Below, one piece after another: positions 25,734 to 41,100 of a stretch of 64,000 nt of DNA (positions are counted from its first letter, which is position 1; each line of letters opens with the position of its first letter). The DNA is from a virus. The notes beneath the pieces are model-generated. The model worked only from the letters and a program-made list of their open reading frames with translations, was not told where the DNA came from and searched no databases. The stretch lies in the IMG/VR virus record IMGVR_UViG_3300002092_000032, positions 24,171-88,170 of that record, one strand, 5' to 3'. A program made the translations under genes and the position numbers.

Positions 25734-28700
25734 ATGGTAACCAGCACCCGCCAAGCAGCATTATTCGGTCTTAATGACTGGCAAGCATTGTATCAGACTT
25801 TCCAACAAGCAGACTTCAAGAGCTATGACTACGAGACCCTGCGTAAGAGTTTCATTGATTACCTACAACTATATTATCCAGAAACATTCAATGACTTTAC
25901 TGAATCTTCGGAATACATTGCACTGCTTGACATCATCGCATTCATGGGCCAAGGACTTGCATTCAGAGATGATTTGAATGCTAGAGAGAACTTCATTGAC
26001 ACCGCTCAACGCAGAGACTCAGTGATCAAACTCGCAAATCTGGTAAGCTACACTCCGAAAAGAAATCTAGCAGGTCAAGGTTATCTTAAGGTAACTGGCA
26101 TATCTACTACACAGAATATAACTGACATCACTGGTATGAATCTGAGCAATATGACCATTCTTTGGAATGATCCTGCTAATCCTAGCTGGTTAAATCAGAT
26201 GAATACAATCTGGAATGCTGCCTTTGTCAGTTCTCAGCGTATCGGACAACCAGGAAATTCTGCTGACATCTTGGGCGTAACGACTAGTGAGTATGCTATT
26301 CAGATCGCCCCTACCGCATTGCCTATCGTGCCTTTCACTTCTTCTATCAATGGTCAAAACATGGACTTTGAACTAGTGAGTGTAACTTCTGCGAATGAAG
26401 ATTATGTGTATGAGATTCCTCCTGCACCATCAGGTAGATTCAATGTGCTTTATCGTAATGACCAATTAGGATTTGGAAGTCCTCAAACAGGGTTCTTCTT
26501 CTACTTCAAGCAAGGCAATCTTCAGACATTTGATTTCACCCTGCAACAACAAATCTCTAATCAGATCATTCCGATCGGGACGATTCAAGGAGTTAACAAC
26601 ACAGATACTTGGTTGAATCAATTCAACACTAGCGGCACCCGGATCCCGTGGGCACAAGTAGAGAATGTATATTCAAATGCATATCTACAAACAGAATCTA
26701 GTGGAAAGAAAATCTTTTCTGTAAATTCTGGATTCAACGACCAAGTATCATATGTATTTGGTGATGGCGTGTTCTCTGAGATTCCAGTAGGAAACTTTAG
26801 AGCATATGTCCGTGCAGGTAATGCTCTCACTTATACTATTGACCCTAGCGAGATGAACGGTATCTCGGTCTCCTTCACCTATATTGACAGAACAAACAAA
26901 GCACAGACTCTAACTATCAGTCTTGCCCTACCACTGACTGTATCAAATGCACAGGCTCGCGAGACTCTAGACGATATCAGACTCCGTGCACCTACTCGCT
27001 ATTATTCTCAGAATCGCATGGTTAATGGCGAAGACTATAATAATTTCCCGTTCACACTCTACAGTTCAATCGTTAAATCAAAAGCACTTAACCGCTCTTC
27101 AGTCGGTGTATCTAAAAACTTAGACTTGCTTGATCCTACTGGCAAGTATTCAAGCACGAACTCATTTGGTTCTGATGGTGCATTGTACCAAGATGATACT
27201 GATGGTTTCTTGACTATGACGGTGAACAACACGAATGACATCATATCATTCTTCACCAACGACCTAGCTGCTGCATTGTCACAAAACGATGCCAATCAAT
27301 ACTACATTCAAAACTACCCTAGGTATGATGTAAACACCGCATCTGGAGATGGTGTTGTATTTTGGCAGACAAGCACAGTAGACACTGGTTCTGAATCAGG
27401 ATATGTATACAATATCATCCAAACTATCAAGTCACCCATCTCAGTTGGAACTTATAACACTAACAACCTAAAGTATATGACGGCAGGCGCGTTGTGTAAG
27501 TTTACTGCGCCTTCAGGGCAATACTTTGATGTTAACAATAGATTACAATCTGGCATCCCAGGTGTTAGTGGGTCGTCTTATGTCTGGACTACGGTCCTCT
27601 CAGTAGCTGGTGATGGTAGCAACTTTGGTCAAGGTAGTTTTGCTAATGGAACCGGTCCGATCAAATTGAACGGATATATTCCTGACGGTGCCATAGTATC
27701 ACAGATAATTCCAGTATTTGATAATGTGTTCTACACGACTCTGATTCAGGAAGCAGTCATAAGAATGGAGCTGCAACAGAGTTTTAGCCTAGTGTTCAAC
27801 AACTCTTTATTGATCAATCAAGAGAGATGGTCTATCTCAACCTACACTGATCCAAATGCGTTCGTGTATTTTTATAGCACACCTAACAGCAATGTTTACA
27901 CTGTGACCTATCGTTCTACAAAGTATTTCTTTGGCTCAGTCGCAGATACTAGATTCATCTTTGATACTGATCAGGTCGTATATGATCCGTATTCAGGTAA
28001 GATCATTCAAGACTTTGTAAACATTTTACAAATCAACAATCAGTTTGGTTCTTCACAATCTTTAGGCAGAGAGTATGTTGTAAATGTAGTAGGGCAGACT
28101 GCTGAACCTGATGGATATATCAATGACTACCAGATTGAAGTCTCTGCTACTGATGTGAATAATCAACAGTTAATATTGAATCCTGATTTCTTCAGTAATA
28201 TTACTGGCTATGTTGACGGTGGCTCAAACATCGGAGTATACACTTTCTTTGAGACAGCAGTAGATGCGAGCAACCTAACAAGAAGATTCATCATTCCATC
28301 ATCATCTGTAATTTATAGTTATGCTACTATCGGTGAGATTGAGGTTGTTAAGTATGATTATCCAGTAGGACAACTGTTTTATGCATACACAGATAACCTA
28401 TTCTTTGTATCAGTGCAAGACCCTACACAGATTATACCAGCATACACTATGTTTCCGCAACCACAATACTCAGTGTTACCGGGTAGACAAGGATTATCTT
28501 ATCAGTATAGACACAATTCAAATAATACGAACAGAATAGATCCAGTGGTGACGAATATCATTGATCTATATGTGCTGACCCAATCATATTACACTGCATA
28601 TACAAATTATATTCAAGACACTGCGAATACTATACCAAAACCAGAATCTCCTACTATCAATCAACTAAATCAAGATTATGGAAAAGTACAAGACTACAAG

Positions 28701-29108
28701 ATGCTATCAGATGCTGTGATTTTAAACAGTGCGGTCTTCAAACCATTGTTTGGACCCAAAGCAAATCCTGCATTACAAGCCACTATCAAGGTTGTGCCAG
28801 TAGCAAATACAAGTGCGAGTAACAACGAGATTGTTAGTGCGGTGCTGACAGCCATGAATAATTATTTTGATATCAATAACTGGAACTTCGGAGCCACATT
28901 CTACTTCTCAGAACTCAGTGCTTATCTACACGCAGAGTGCGGAGAATTAATCAGTGCAGCAGTTCTTGTGCCAAATGATCCGAGTAAACCATTCGGATAT
29001 CTGTATGAGATAACTTGCTTGCCTTATGAGATTTTTGCTAACGCCGCAGTTGCCGATACGATAGTCGTAGTTCCGGCATTAACACCCACTGAATTACAAA
29101 TAGGATAA
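25734..29108 (+). CDS. gp6: Baseplate wedge protein, gp6-like (extended)
   Basis: DYETLRKSFIDYL...FNDFTESSEYIALLDIIAF...ENFIDTAQRRDSVIKLA...SYTPKR and QNRMVNGEDY, gp6/baseplate-J motifs. Confidence 0.85.
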   Translation: MVTSTRQAALFGLNDWQALYQTFQQADFKSYDYETLRKSFIDYLQLYYPETFNDFTESSEYIALLDIIAFMGQGLAFRDDLNARENFIDTAQRRDSVIKLANLVSYTPKRNLAGQGYLKVTGISTTQNITDITGMNLSNMTILWNDPANPSWLNQMNTIWNAAFVSSQRIGQPGNSADILGVTTSEYAIQIAPTALPIVPFTSSINGQNMDFELVSVTSANEDYVYEIPPAPSGRFNVLYRNDQLGFGSPQTGFFFYFKQGNLQTFDFTLQQQISNQIIPIGTIQGVNNTDTWLNQFNTSGTRIPWAQVENVYSNAYLQTESSGKKIFSVNSGFNDQVSYVFGDGVFSEIPVGNFRAYVRAGNALTYTIDPSEMNGISVSFTYIDRTNKAQTLTISLALPLTVSNAQARETLDDIRLRAPTRYYSQNRMVNGEDYNNFPFTLYSSIVKSKALNRSSVGVSKNLDLLDPTGKYSSTNSFGSDGALYQDDTDGFLTMTVNNTNDIISFFTNDLAAALSQNDANQYYIQNYPRYDVNTASGDGVVFWQTSTVDTGSESGYVYNIIQTIKSPISVGTYNTNNLKYMTAGALCKFTAPSGQYFDVNNRLQSGIPGVSGSSYVWTTVLSVAGDGSNFGQGSFANGTGPIKLNGYIPDGAIVSQIIPVFDNVFYTTLIQEAVIRMELQQSFSLVFNNSLLINQERWSISTYTDPNAFVYFYSTPNSNVYTVTYRSTKYFFGSVADTRFIFDTDQVVYDPYSGKIIQDFVNILQINNQFGSSQSLGREYVVNVVGQTAEPDGYINDYQIEVSATDVNNQQLILNPDFFSNITGYVDGGSNIGVYTFFETAVDASNLTRRFIIPSSSVIYSYATIGEIEVVKYDYPVGQLFYAYTDNLFFVSVQDPTQIIPAYTMFPQPQYSVLPGRQGLSYQYRHNSNNTNRIDPVVTNIIDLYVLTQSYYTAYTNYIQDTANTIPKPESPTINQLNQDYGKVQDYKMLSDAVILNSAVFKPLFGPKANPALQATIKVVPVANTSASNNEIVSAVLTAMNNYFDINNWNFGATFYFSELSAYLHAECGELISAAVLVPNDPSKPFGYLYEITCLPYEIFANAAVADTIVVVPALTPTELQIG

Positions 29109-29118
29109 AGTATATAAC

Positions 29119-32100
29119 ATGGCAACTACTAGAGTAAGAACTTTAACCTTTCTTCCGGAAATATTTCAAACTCCGTCTAATTCCCAATTCTTAGCAGCGA
29201 CACTGGATCAACTTGTTAATCCTCCTGTTGCAACTAGAATCCAAGGTTATGTCGGTAGTAGATTTGGCTACGGAGTAAATGCTAAAGATCACTATGTCAC
29301 CGAACCTACTAAGACCCGCACTGATTATCAACTTGATCCAGGCGTCGTATTTACTGCCCCGTCCAATTCTACTAATCCTCCAGCCGGTAGTGCAGTGGAG
29401 TTCATCAGCTATCCTGGAATAATTGATGCCCTTAAACTAGATGGTGGTGCAACCGATGATAACAGTGCGTTATTCAAGAGTCAGTTCTATTCTTGGGATT
29501 CTTTTGCTGACCTAGATAAACTCATCAACTTCAACGAATACTATTGGCTACCATTGGGTCCACCGGCAGTTACTGTTTCGGCTAGCACGGTCTACAGTAA
29601 CCAACAGTATGTGATAACTGATCTACCTAATGGTTATCAAGTTTCTATTCAGAATCAAGTCGGCAGCAGTATTAATCCCACCCTCACATTACTCAGAGGC
29701 GGAACATATACATTCACGGTAAACCAAGCTTCTCAGTTTTGGATTCAGACTTTGCCTGGAACTTCAGGCTATGAACCCCCTCCTAATCAAAACATATATA
29801 CAAGAAATGTCTATGGAGTAACTAACAACGGTGCTGAACAAGGAACTGTTACTTTCAACGTTCCTGCTGCTGATGCACAGAATGAATATATAATCCCTGG
29901 CAACCTTGTAGTTGACTTAGTTAGCACGACTCCGTTTCAGAGCATCAACGGTCAACTTTTATCATCGTTTGAAAACATAGATGGGGTGACATCGCTAGAA
30001 GGCCTGACAGTGATGTTTTATGGCACCGGAATTGATCCGGGCAATCCTACTGGCTATGTCTCTTCTTACTTCAGCGAAGAAGGAGTTCCGTATGATACAA
30101 ACAGTAGCGAGATACAGGCTGTAACCCCTCTGACCCTGACTGTAGGCAGTTCTAGTGCTACTAACTTCACGCTAATTACCGGTGACACGAATATGTTTAC
30201 TGTAGGTAGCTTGATCACATTTGATGCTCCTACTTTCGGTGGCGTCAATGCAGGGCAGTTCTATTATATCGGTTCCATCTTGAACTCGGTTGACTTTACT
30301 ATCTCTGCTACTCCGGGCGGCCCCGATCTCGCATTGGTTCCAGGTGCCGGTGCTATGCCAATTAACTTTGATAATGTTCCTAGAGCAGAACAAAATCTGC
30401 TTATTGGAAGTATCACAAACATAAGTGGCACCGATTATTTCGTCCTATCTTCCGGCAACACTAATAATATGGTTGTCAACACAACTGTCACCTTTAACAA
30501 TGTGTTTGGTGGTGTCACTGCTGGTCAAGTTTATTTTATCAGTGAAATAATAGATTCCGTAACTTTTGCGGTGTCTAGTATTATTGACGGGCCATCTTTA
30601 AATCTTACTGTCGGTACTTGTAATATGGGAGTGGTGATCAACCAGGGTCAACTTGAGAATGGATTCACTACTACGGTACGAGACAACTTCTATCGTGTTC
30701 AATATTCGGGCGACCCTTCTAATCCTGTGATCAGGCTATATCCAGCTGGAGAAATTCCGATCAACCAACGGATCACTCCTCAATTAGGACAACAATTTAG
30801 GAGCATACCTTTCTATCGTGATGCTCTCGGTGACCTACTAGAAATCCCCGCGGTGACTGCTCCGCTTGATACACTCTACTATCAAGACGGCACCTATGCG
30901 AACAAAGTTGGTATTATCAAATTAATCGCTAACAGTGCTAGCAATGGCATAGATGTAGATACCCAGATTTTAGGTAGAAAAAATTACACTTCGCCTAACG
31001 GAGTAGTGTTCACTAATGGTCTAAAGGTTCAGTTTAACGGTAATATTATTCCTTCAAGCTATCTGACAGGACAGTACTATGTTCAAGGTGTAGGGACTGC
31101 AATTGAGTTAGTCGCAGTCAGCGAACTAGTATGCCCGGAAAACTTCACTCAAGGTAACTATATTCCTTATGATTCTACTCCTTTTGATACGACTAATTGG
31201 GATGTAGAATTATACGTTCCCGTCTTGCCAGACTACTTGACTGTTGCAAGAAATTCAATCAGCAGAAATCCTTGGTCTAGAAGTAACAGATGGTTTCATA
31301 TTGATGTTATCAATGCGACTGCGACATACAACAACAATCCTGCTATATTAACAGCATATGCAACTGCAAAAAATAAGGCGGCCCGCCCTATTATTGAATT
31401 CTATCCAAATCTGAAATTATTCAACACTGGTATTGTTGGTAAAAGCCCAGTGGATTTCGTTGATACGCGAACAATACTCCCATTAGTTGATGTTGCTGGT
31501 GCATTAAACTACTATCCAGATATTCAAGTCTACACAAATGCGACTGCTACTTTGTCAGCGGCAGTGAGTGCGACCACAACTACGATAACTGTCCCTGCAA
31601 CTTCCGTTATTGGAGAGATTCAGAATCTTATGTTTATCGCTGATTCTCTCGGTGAACTACCAATAAACTCTCAGATCACTGATATCACAGGAACCGACAC
31701 CCTAACTATCACCGTGACATGGTCAAGTCCGACATCTTTCGCAGGCGGCAGTAATATCTCATTCGTCGCCTCTGCTAATACCGTAAATGATTATGCGTTA
31801 TTCTCAGGTTCTAGAGTTGTATTTGCTGCTGCCGGCGAAGTGTATACCGCAAGCAATTTTATGGTCGGCACCGAATACACTATCGTAACATTAGGTGATA
31901 CTGATTGGAATGATATCGGTGTTATCGGTATCCCTACTGTAGGCACAAAATTTATTGCTACTGGTGCGGGGACCGGTACTGGCACAGCTAGTATACCTGA
32001 TCCAAATGTAAGAAACAAGATATATGTTTCTGAGTTCTCTACTATCGTGCCTGAAACCCGTCCGGTGCTTACATTGACGGTTGCAGATGATGGTATCTGC

Positions 32101-35100
32101 ATTCCTGAGACTCAGATCGTTGCAATTCGTGGTTATAATTATCAAGGCGTTAGTTTCTGGTATGATGGTGTCAAGTGGACTGAATCTCAGCAAAAGATCA
32201 CTGTAAATCAGGCCCCGCTGTTTGATATCTTTGATTCTAATGGAATCAGCCTGAGCGATATGGCAGTATATCCAAGCTCATCATTCGTCGGTAGCAAATT
32301 GTTTGCATATGGTATTGGCAGCGGAAGCCCTGACTCAGTATTAGGTTTCCCAGTAAGATATAGTTCAATATCAAACTCTGGTGATATTAGCTTTGATGTG
32401 TCACTCAACTCTGACACTTTTAAATATGTTAGCGGCAGCAATCCGATTACGGAGAATATCAACATTGGATATGTATATAATTACACATCAGGCACTGAAC
32501 GAATTAGGCAGCTAGGATGGCAGACAGCCGTCGCCCCTAGTGAGCAGTATCAAATTTTTAGTTTCAACTATGATCCTCTTCGTCCTACTTATAACTTCTT
32601 GTGTGATATCGCGGCTACACCCGAACCAACCGGAACCACTGTTGCTGGTGGATTTGTCACCGGAGCCACATATACTATATCTTTTTCAGGAACAACTGAT
32701 TTCACTTCGTTCGGTGCTGCTGCAAATATAGTAGGAGAAAAGTTTGTTGCAAACTTGACAAACCCTATCTCTGTTACTTCAATGTTACGCAACTATGAAT
32801 ATACTATCGTGTCACTAGGTTCTACTAATTGGAATGCTATCGGTTACACAGGTAATCCTGTTATTGGGGGTGCATTCACATATAACGGTACCGCTGTAGT
32901 AGGAGCCGGGACAGTTTCTGGGGCAACTGCTGGCACTGGTATTGCAAGTAGTGTAGGTTGGCCAACAGTTCAGGTCTATGTGAACAATGTGTATCAGGAT
33001 CCGGCTAATTATACCGTTGTGATCGGGTCTAACACTACTAACATCAGTCTATCTACTGCTATCACAGATCATATAGTAACTAGCACAGTAATTCAAGTAT
33101 TGATTTTAAGTAATCAAGTAAGCACGACTGCATACTACAGCATTCCGATCAATCTTAATAGCAATCCGTTCAACGAAGACTTGACTATCGCCAATTACGG
33201 AGATATCGGCAACCAGTATCGTGATATATTCATCAATGCTCCTGGCACTACTGGTAATATCTATGGTGCAAACAACTTTAGAGATTTAGGAAATCTTGTT
33301 CCATATGGCACCAAACTGATTCAGAACTCTGCGTCATTAGTTCTTCCTGGAGCTTTCCTGCGATCAATGAGTACCAACTTATTTGATTCTCTGCTTTACA
33401 ATAGCAGATCCTATATCAATTACAAGCAACTCATAGTAGATACTGTTCAAAACACCGACTTCGTGCAGCGGTATACACCTTCACAGATTTTAGACTCTGC
33501 TCTTGATCAGATTACTGCTGCGATGAGCGAGATCAACTCATTCTTCTGGTCAGACATGTTACCGTCAAAGACTACTTACGTTTCAAATACGTATACCTTT
33601 AACAATGGACTAGATGTTTCAATATATCCCCTATCTCAAGTCTATAATTTCAGTAGTGCTAACTACAACGGAGTTTTGGTATACCTTTACAGAGTAATTG
33701 ATGGTGTCACTGTTGAGAAACAGTTAACTACTGGTGTAGATTATATCATTAGCACCACATCACCTTCGTTGTCAATAGTGATTCCTTTGCAAGACCAAGA
33801 CCGAGTCACGATCAACGAATACAATCAAACCTATGGTTCTTATGTTCCGAACACTCCAACTAAGTTGGGACTATATCCTTCATTTCAACCAGGAGTCGTG
33901 CTTGATAGCGACTACCTAACACCAACATACTTCATCAGGGGACACGACGGATCCTTCACTAAATTATACGGCGAGTATAACGCAGAATTAGGAATACTAG
34001 TGGACTTCAGAGATCAAGCACTGCTAGAATTTGAGTTGAGAGTTTATAATAACCTCAAATTGAGTACCATTGTTCCTATCTCAAAGTTTGATGTTGTTCC
34101 TGGCTTCTTTAGAAACACTGATTATACATGGAAAGAGTTCTTAAACATCTACAGTCCAGCATTCCTCAACTGGATCGGTCAGAATCGTCTACAATATAAG
34201 ACACAGTATTACACTAAGAACGCCGAATTCAGTTATAATTATACAAATTCAGCTAACAAGTTAAATGGTGCTCCTATCCAACAAGGATATTGGAGAGGTG
34301 TCTATGAGTATTTTTATGACACGACTACTCCTAATGAAACTCCTTGGGAGATGTTAGGCTTCACTGATCAACCTACTTGGTGGGAGACTAGATACGGCCC
34401 GGCTCCTTACACGAGTGACAACGGCGTGCTCTGGGGAGATTTGGAAGCAGGTTATGTTTGGAACAACGGCGACTCTTACGTAAGACCGCAATGTGCCCGC
34501 CCTGGATTGAATAGAATTATTCCAGTGGATTCTGCTGGTAAATTACTATCACCGCTCAAGTCTATCGTAGGCAACTACAATCCTAATACTTTCCAGAAAG
34601 ATTGGGTTGTAGGTGATGATGGTCCAACTGAACTAAGCTATCGTCGTAGTTCTACTTATCCATTTGATCTTATGAGAATATTTGCATTGACTAAGCCAGC
34701 TGAATTCTACAATCTAGGAGTTGACTTAGACAACTACAAGTATAACGCAGAATTCAATCAGTATCTGGTCAATGACAGAAGCCATCTTATCATCTCAAAT
34801 GTTCCTGTATACGGTAATGGTACTCCGGCAACCAGTTATATCAATTGGATTGTTGACTATCAAAAGCAACAAGGAGTAGATGCTACTAATACTATCACTA
34901 CTCTACTAAACAATCTAGATGTGAGATTGGTTTATAGACTGGCTGGATACAGCGACAAAGATCAACTACAGTTCTTTGTTGAGAAGCCGTCACCAACTAA
35001 TATCAATTCTTCGTTGCTAATTCCGAATGAGAGCTATTCTGTTCTGTTATACGAAAATCAACCGTTTGATCAAATCATGTTCAGCGGCGTCGTTGTTCAA

Positions 35101-38100
35101 CAGAATAATGGATACTGGACTGTATTTGGTAATTCGCAAAATCTTGCATACTTTGAAATACTTGATCCTAAATATAGCGGTCACACAGAAACAATAACCA
35201 TAGTAAAGCAGAAAGTTAAAGTTACAACTTCCTACTATAAAACAAAAACTTTGATTCCTTATGGCACTAAGTTCTATAACACCCAAGACCTATCACAGTT
35301 TCTATTAGCATATGGTGCTAACCTAGAATCCAAGGGAATGATTTTTAACAAGACTCAGAATGGTATGGTAATAAATTGGAAGCAGATGGTCTACGAATTC
35401 CTATATTGGACTCAGACTGGCTGGACTAACGGTAGCCTCATCACATTGAATCCTGCTGCGACAGATATGGTCATTGACCCAGCAACTGCCCTAATTCAGC
35501 CACTAACTATCCACGAGCATAACTTCATTCTAAATCAAAACCTATATCCTATTAATCTGAAAGACCTCTGTATAAATCGTGACGGAACTGCGTTCAATGT
35601 CCATACGTTGAACGACGGTGATGCTATGGCATATGCACAGTTTAATGTAAGCAACTTTGAACACGGCATCGTATTCAATAACACGACTCTGTTTAATGAT
35701 GTGATATACAATCTAGTTACTGGTCTTCGCCAGAATCGTATTAGCGTTCGCGGCACAAAGTCTGCTGAATGGAACGGCACGGTAAATGCACTGGGATTCA
35801 TCTTCAATCAGAATAACATTCAACAATGGAACGGTAATCTAAAGTATACCAAAGGCGAGATCGTCATCTATAAAAACAAGTATTGGGCTTCACAACAAGT
35901 TATTGAACCGTCAATGACTTTCGACCAATTAGCATGGCAAGAGATCGCATATGATACAGCAAAGCAAGGATTACTAGCGAATCCTTCTACCCGTGCATAT
36001 GAAAGCACGCTTTATTATGATATCTACAAAGCAAATCTTCAACAGGATGCTGACCTACTCGCTTTCTCATTGATCGGCTATCGTCCGAGAGACTACCTAG
36101 CCCTGATTGATCTTACCTCTGTTGCACAAGTTCAAGTGTATCAGAACATGATCATCAACAAAGGAACTCTCAATGCGATTAGTGCATTTAAAAATGCTAA
36201 TCTACCACAAGGTGGCATCAAGTATGAAACTTTTGAAAACTGGTCTATCAAGACAGGTGATTATGGCGGTGTATTAAATCAGAATTTCGTTGACTTCAGA
36301 ACTAACCAAAAATACATGACCGGAGACCCTTCAATCATTAGTCTGACTGACGGTACTGGACCGTCAACTCCTGGGTCACTGCAAGTTGTTCCTACATACA
36401 GCCTGTTCAACTACGGTAGACAGATTACTAGTGAAAATATTCTGAACACTACCAGTTCAGAACCTACTTCGTTCCTGTTCCCGAGTGCGGGTTATGTCAA
36501 CTTCAATGATGTCAAAATGTCTTCTTACTTCTATTCTGGATTGCCAACAGCGGTAAATAGAAGCGGAACCATCATTCCTATTCAGAACTTCTATGTAGGT
36601 GAATATCTCTGGCTAGCTAATTTCAAAGAGAAGTGGGGAGTCTACGGATGGAAAACTATCGGTGAAGTAACGACTATTCAGAATAATCTCAATCAGACTG
36701 CGACGATTACCTTCTCTAAACCGCATGGGTTAAAAGCGTTGGATCCGATGGCAATCGTCAACTTCTCAACTCTAGTAGACGGTTACTACCTAGTGATTCA
36801 GTCTGTGAATCTCTATCAGGTAATAATCAGCATCTCATTGCCTACTTCAGCTCCTGTTATCACTCAGGGTAGAGGATTGGGCATGTCCTTTGAGTCGCAT
36901 CGTGTCGCAACCCCATCAGAACTCATCAACCATGATCTTACTGACAACGAGTTTATTGTCAATACCTTCTGGGTAGATGAAAACAACGACGGTAGCTGGG
37001 CAGTATATCGCAAGACTATTAACTATCTCTATCAAGACACACTGGAAAAAACTCAATCAACTACTTTAGGTACTGCCGTTGCTTACACACCTGAGATCGG
37101 TTACATGATAAGTGATGCTGGCCAAGGCAAGGTATACATTTACTCTTATAATGCATTGACCGAATCATATGTATTAGGACAGACATTTACACAAGATGTG
37201 TCGTTCGGTTCCAATATCGTATACACAGGAAATACTTATGTAATCACTCAACCTGAAAATACTGCTTCGGTATACATCTATGTGCTAAACAATACGATTG
37301 CCACATTCAACGATCTTATCTTGTCACAAACACTTACTCCGACAGCAGCAGACAAGGTTGCTATCTCAGGTGATGGTAACTGGGTCTATGTTTCTAATGT
37401 GACTGATAATCTCGTGTATGTATATCGCAAAGATAATATACTTCTTGATGCAGGGTATTTCACCCCAGGTCAAACCTATGTGATTACTAGCGTCGGTGAT
37501 ACAGACTTCACTGCTATTGGAGCAGCGGCTAATCAGTTGGGTATAACGTTTGTGGCTACTGGTGCTGGAACAGGCACTGGTACAGCCACACAGATCACAT
37601 ATAAGTTAGCAAATACGATTGTCGGAAGTGCTGTAGGAATAGTTTCAGGTGACAAGTTTAGCTTCTCGCTTTCAACAAACTACAACGGAGATACTCTTGT
37701 TGTAGGTGCACCGTTCAAAGATTATAGCACAACCATTAATAACTGGGGGACTGCCTACACTTATCAGAGAACCTTACAAAACTTCATCGCTAACTATACT
37801 ACGATCACCGGAAACCCTCAACAGTTCACACTAGCCTGGACACCTAGCACCACGGCAACTACAGTGAGTGCAACCAATGCAACTGGTAATTTAATTACAC
37901 TTACAAGTGCTACAGGTATCAATGTTAATGATCCAATTATCTTTACTGGCAATGGGTTATCCGGTACTGGAATTGAAGGCAATACTGTTTATTATGTAAA
38001 AACTAAAGTAAGCAACAATATTACTCTTAAAACATCACGTTCAACATCTAGCACGGTAACAGTTGCTACTGTAGGTTCAGTTTCTAATCTCACTGCTACT

Positions 38101-41100
38101 GCACAATCAACTCCATTATATGTTACCCGCAATGGTGTATTAGTAACTGACAACAACTATGCAGTAATCGGAACTCAGTTCTATTATACAGGCCCGCTAT
38201 TAGCAGGCGACATCATCTCTGTAAATGATAGCCAATTCACACTGTCACAAGAACTCACTTCAATATATAATGATAGACCCGACGTTGAATTCGGTTATGC
38301 TACAGACATGAATACATTTGGTACGAACATTCTCATCGGTTCACCGTACGAGATTGACACTAAGGGTGAAGAAGGTGCGGTTTACAGTTATATCAATGGC
38401 GGTGCAAGATATGGTATGGTTATTGGTACTGCCGAATGCAATGTCACTGGTAATAAGACTGTATTGATAAATGGCTATGCAGTAAATCTAAATGCAGGCA
38501 ATGCAGCTAGCGTGGCTAACATCATAAATCATAGCAACATCATAAATGTTCAAGCTGCTGCGACATCGGACAACAAGTTGATCATTCAGCTTGTCAACAC
38601 CACTATCGCTCCAGTCAATCTCAAGCTGGTCATCAGTGCGGTTGATGATACCGTTCTATCAGAACTAGGAATCACCCTGTATACAGAGACTCAAATCATC
38701 AAGTGTCCACACGGTACCGGTCCAACTGAGTTCGGTTCTACCATCAAGATCAGTGGCAACAGTGTTGTAATCTCTGCACCAGTCGGCACAAGATATGAAG
38801 GAACTGTGTTTGACTTTGTGAATCAATTCAACCTAGATGATGACACTGTGTTTGACAATAATGCTACCCAGTTTGTTGACGCATATCCTAATGCGGGTGC
38901 AGTCTATATGTTTGACTACCTCGCGAATTATAACGAGAATATTGCTGATCCCGGTGCATATGTATACGCACAGGCCGTGAACGACAAGTCTCTTGATTAT
39001 GGATATGAGCCAAGATATGGCACTGCGTTAGACTTTAATGCCAATGTAGTCGTTGTGGGTACTCCTGACTTCATGCCGTCAACTCAAGGTGGTCAAGTTG
39101 TATCATATACAAATGGAGTAGGTGTTTCGGACTGGGCAGTATATAGAGATTCTGCTCCAGTGGTTGACATCAATCTTATTCAGAATACACAGTTATTCAA
39201 CGCTACTACTAACAATACGCTTGTAAATCTAGACTATATGGATCCTCTGCAGGGTAAACTATTAGGTGCAGCAAGAGAAAATCTTGACTTTATATCTGGA
39301 ACTGATCCTGCAAAATACAATGTTGATGCTTCTGGACAATCAGGTATGCTCTGGGGAGCAGAACATGTGGGCAGACTGTGGTTGAACACAACTAACATAC
39401 GATTCGTGAACTACCATCAAAACGATGATGCTGTTTACAACAGTCAGTACTGGGGTGCTATTTTTCCAGGATCAGACGTAGCCGTTTATAGCTGGATCGC
39501 AAGTTTCGTTCCTCCTGTAAACTATCAGGGTCCAGGCGTACCATATGATGTGAACACGTATTCAGTTAATAACACCCTAAATGCTTCAAATGTGATCTCA
39601 CCTGTATACTATTTCTGGGTGCGAAACACTAATATTATCTTTAGTCAGACCAACAAGACTCTATCTGATAGCGTCGTTGCATCCTACATTGAAAATCCAA
39701 GAGCTTCAGGCATCTCATATATGGCACCGTTGCTTCCAAATACATTCGCACTATACAATGTGTTGAGTTATTTTGATGACACCAACACTGTATTCCATAT
39801 AGGATTTGCGAACGGCACCACTGATGATGCATACCATCAAGAGTTTGCCCTGATCAGAGAGAACTATCCTGATGACTTCCTACCGGGTCTTCCTAAAATC
39901 TCACAGGTCAACGCATATAATCAGTATGGTGAGCCCACATCATTATATGCTAGAATGCTTGACTCACTGACAGGTTGCGATACTTCTGGTGAAATTGTTC
40001 CGGATCCAGCACTACCTCTTGCAGTGCAGTCTGGTGTTCAATCAAGACCTAAGCAGAGTTTTTTCTATAATAGATTCTTAGCACTTAAAAACTATCTGAC
40101 ATATGCAAATACTAAACTTGCACTATATCCTATCTTTGAACTGAGAGCGGAATTATCCTTCTTATTCCAGATCGGACCTATTAATCCAAGTACTGGTATA
40201 CCCTACTACGATACGACCCAGTACTGGAGTTATACAAATTGGTGGGCCACTGGTTACAATAACAGCACTAGAGCAACTATACAGGTATCATTCTATGCTG
40301 ATTTGTCCGAACTTAATCCACCGATAAACACTCTAGTAAAAGTTCTTCAGAACGGAGCCGGCAAGTGGGAAATTTACAAATATAATGGCAGCGGACACTG
40401 GACTAGAGTTGGTTTAGAGAACGGCACTATTGAATTTAGTAGTTATCTATGGGATTATGCTGCTGGACACCTTGGTTGGAGCGGTAACTTCTATGACACG
40501 ACTCCTTTTGATCTATATCCTAGCGAAGAAACAAGAAATATTGTACGGGCACTGAATGAACAAATCTATATTAATGACCTGTTGATATACAGAAACGAGA
40601 GTTTGATCCTACTGTTTGAATATATTCAGAGCGAGACTTCTGAATCGCAGAACTTCTTGCCTTGGTTGAACAAGACATCATTGCTTGATGTCTCTCATAC
40701 TGTTCGTGAGTTGCTTCCATACGAGACATTTAGATCAGACAATGAAGTATTCCTAGAAGGTTATATCAACGAAGCAAAACCGTATCATGTCGTCATCAAA
40801 GACTTCGTGTTCACTTACGCTGGTACTGATGTATATCAAGGGGATATTACCGACTTTGATGTCCCGGCAGAATACAATAGCACATACCAGCAGTTCATCT
40901 CTCCCCAGTTGACATATGCAACTTATCCTAGCGGTAGATATGAATATACGCTGACCAATCCTATCTGGCAGACTCAGCCATATAATCAATGGTTCGCTAA
41001 CTACGGTGTTTCTCTGACTGGTATTGAGAACTATCCTATATCTACGCTAGAGACGTATTTGACACACGGAACCCGAGAGATTGTTGTTGATAACATCTCA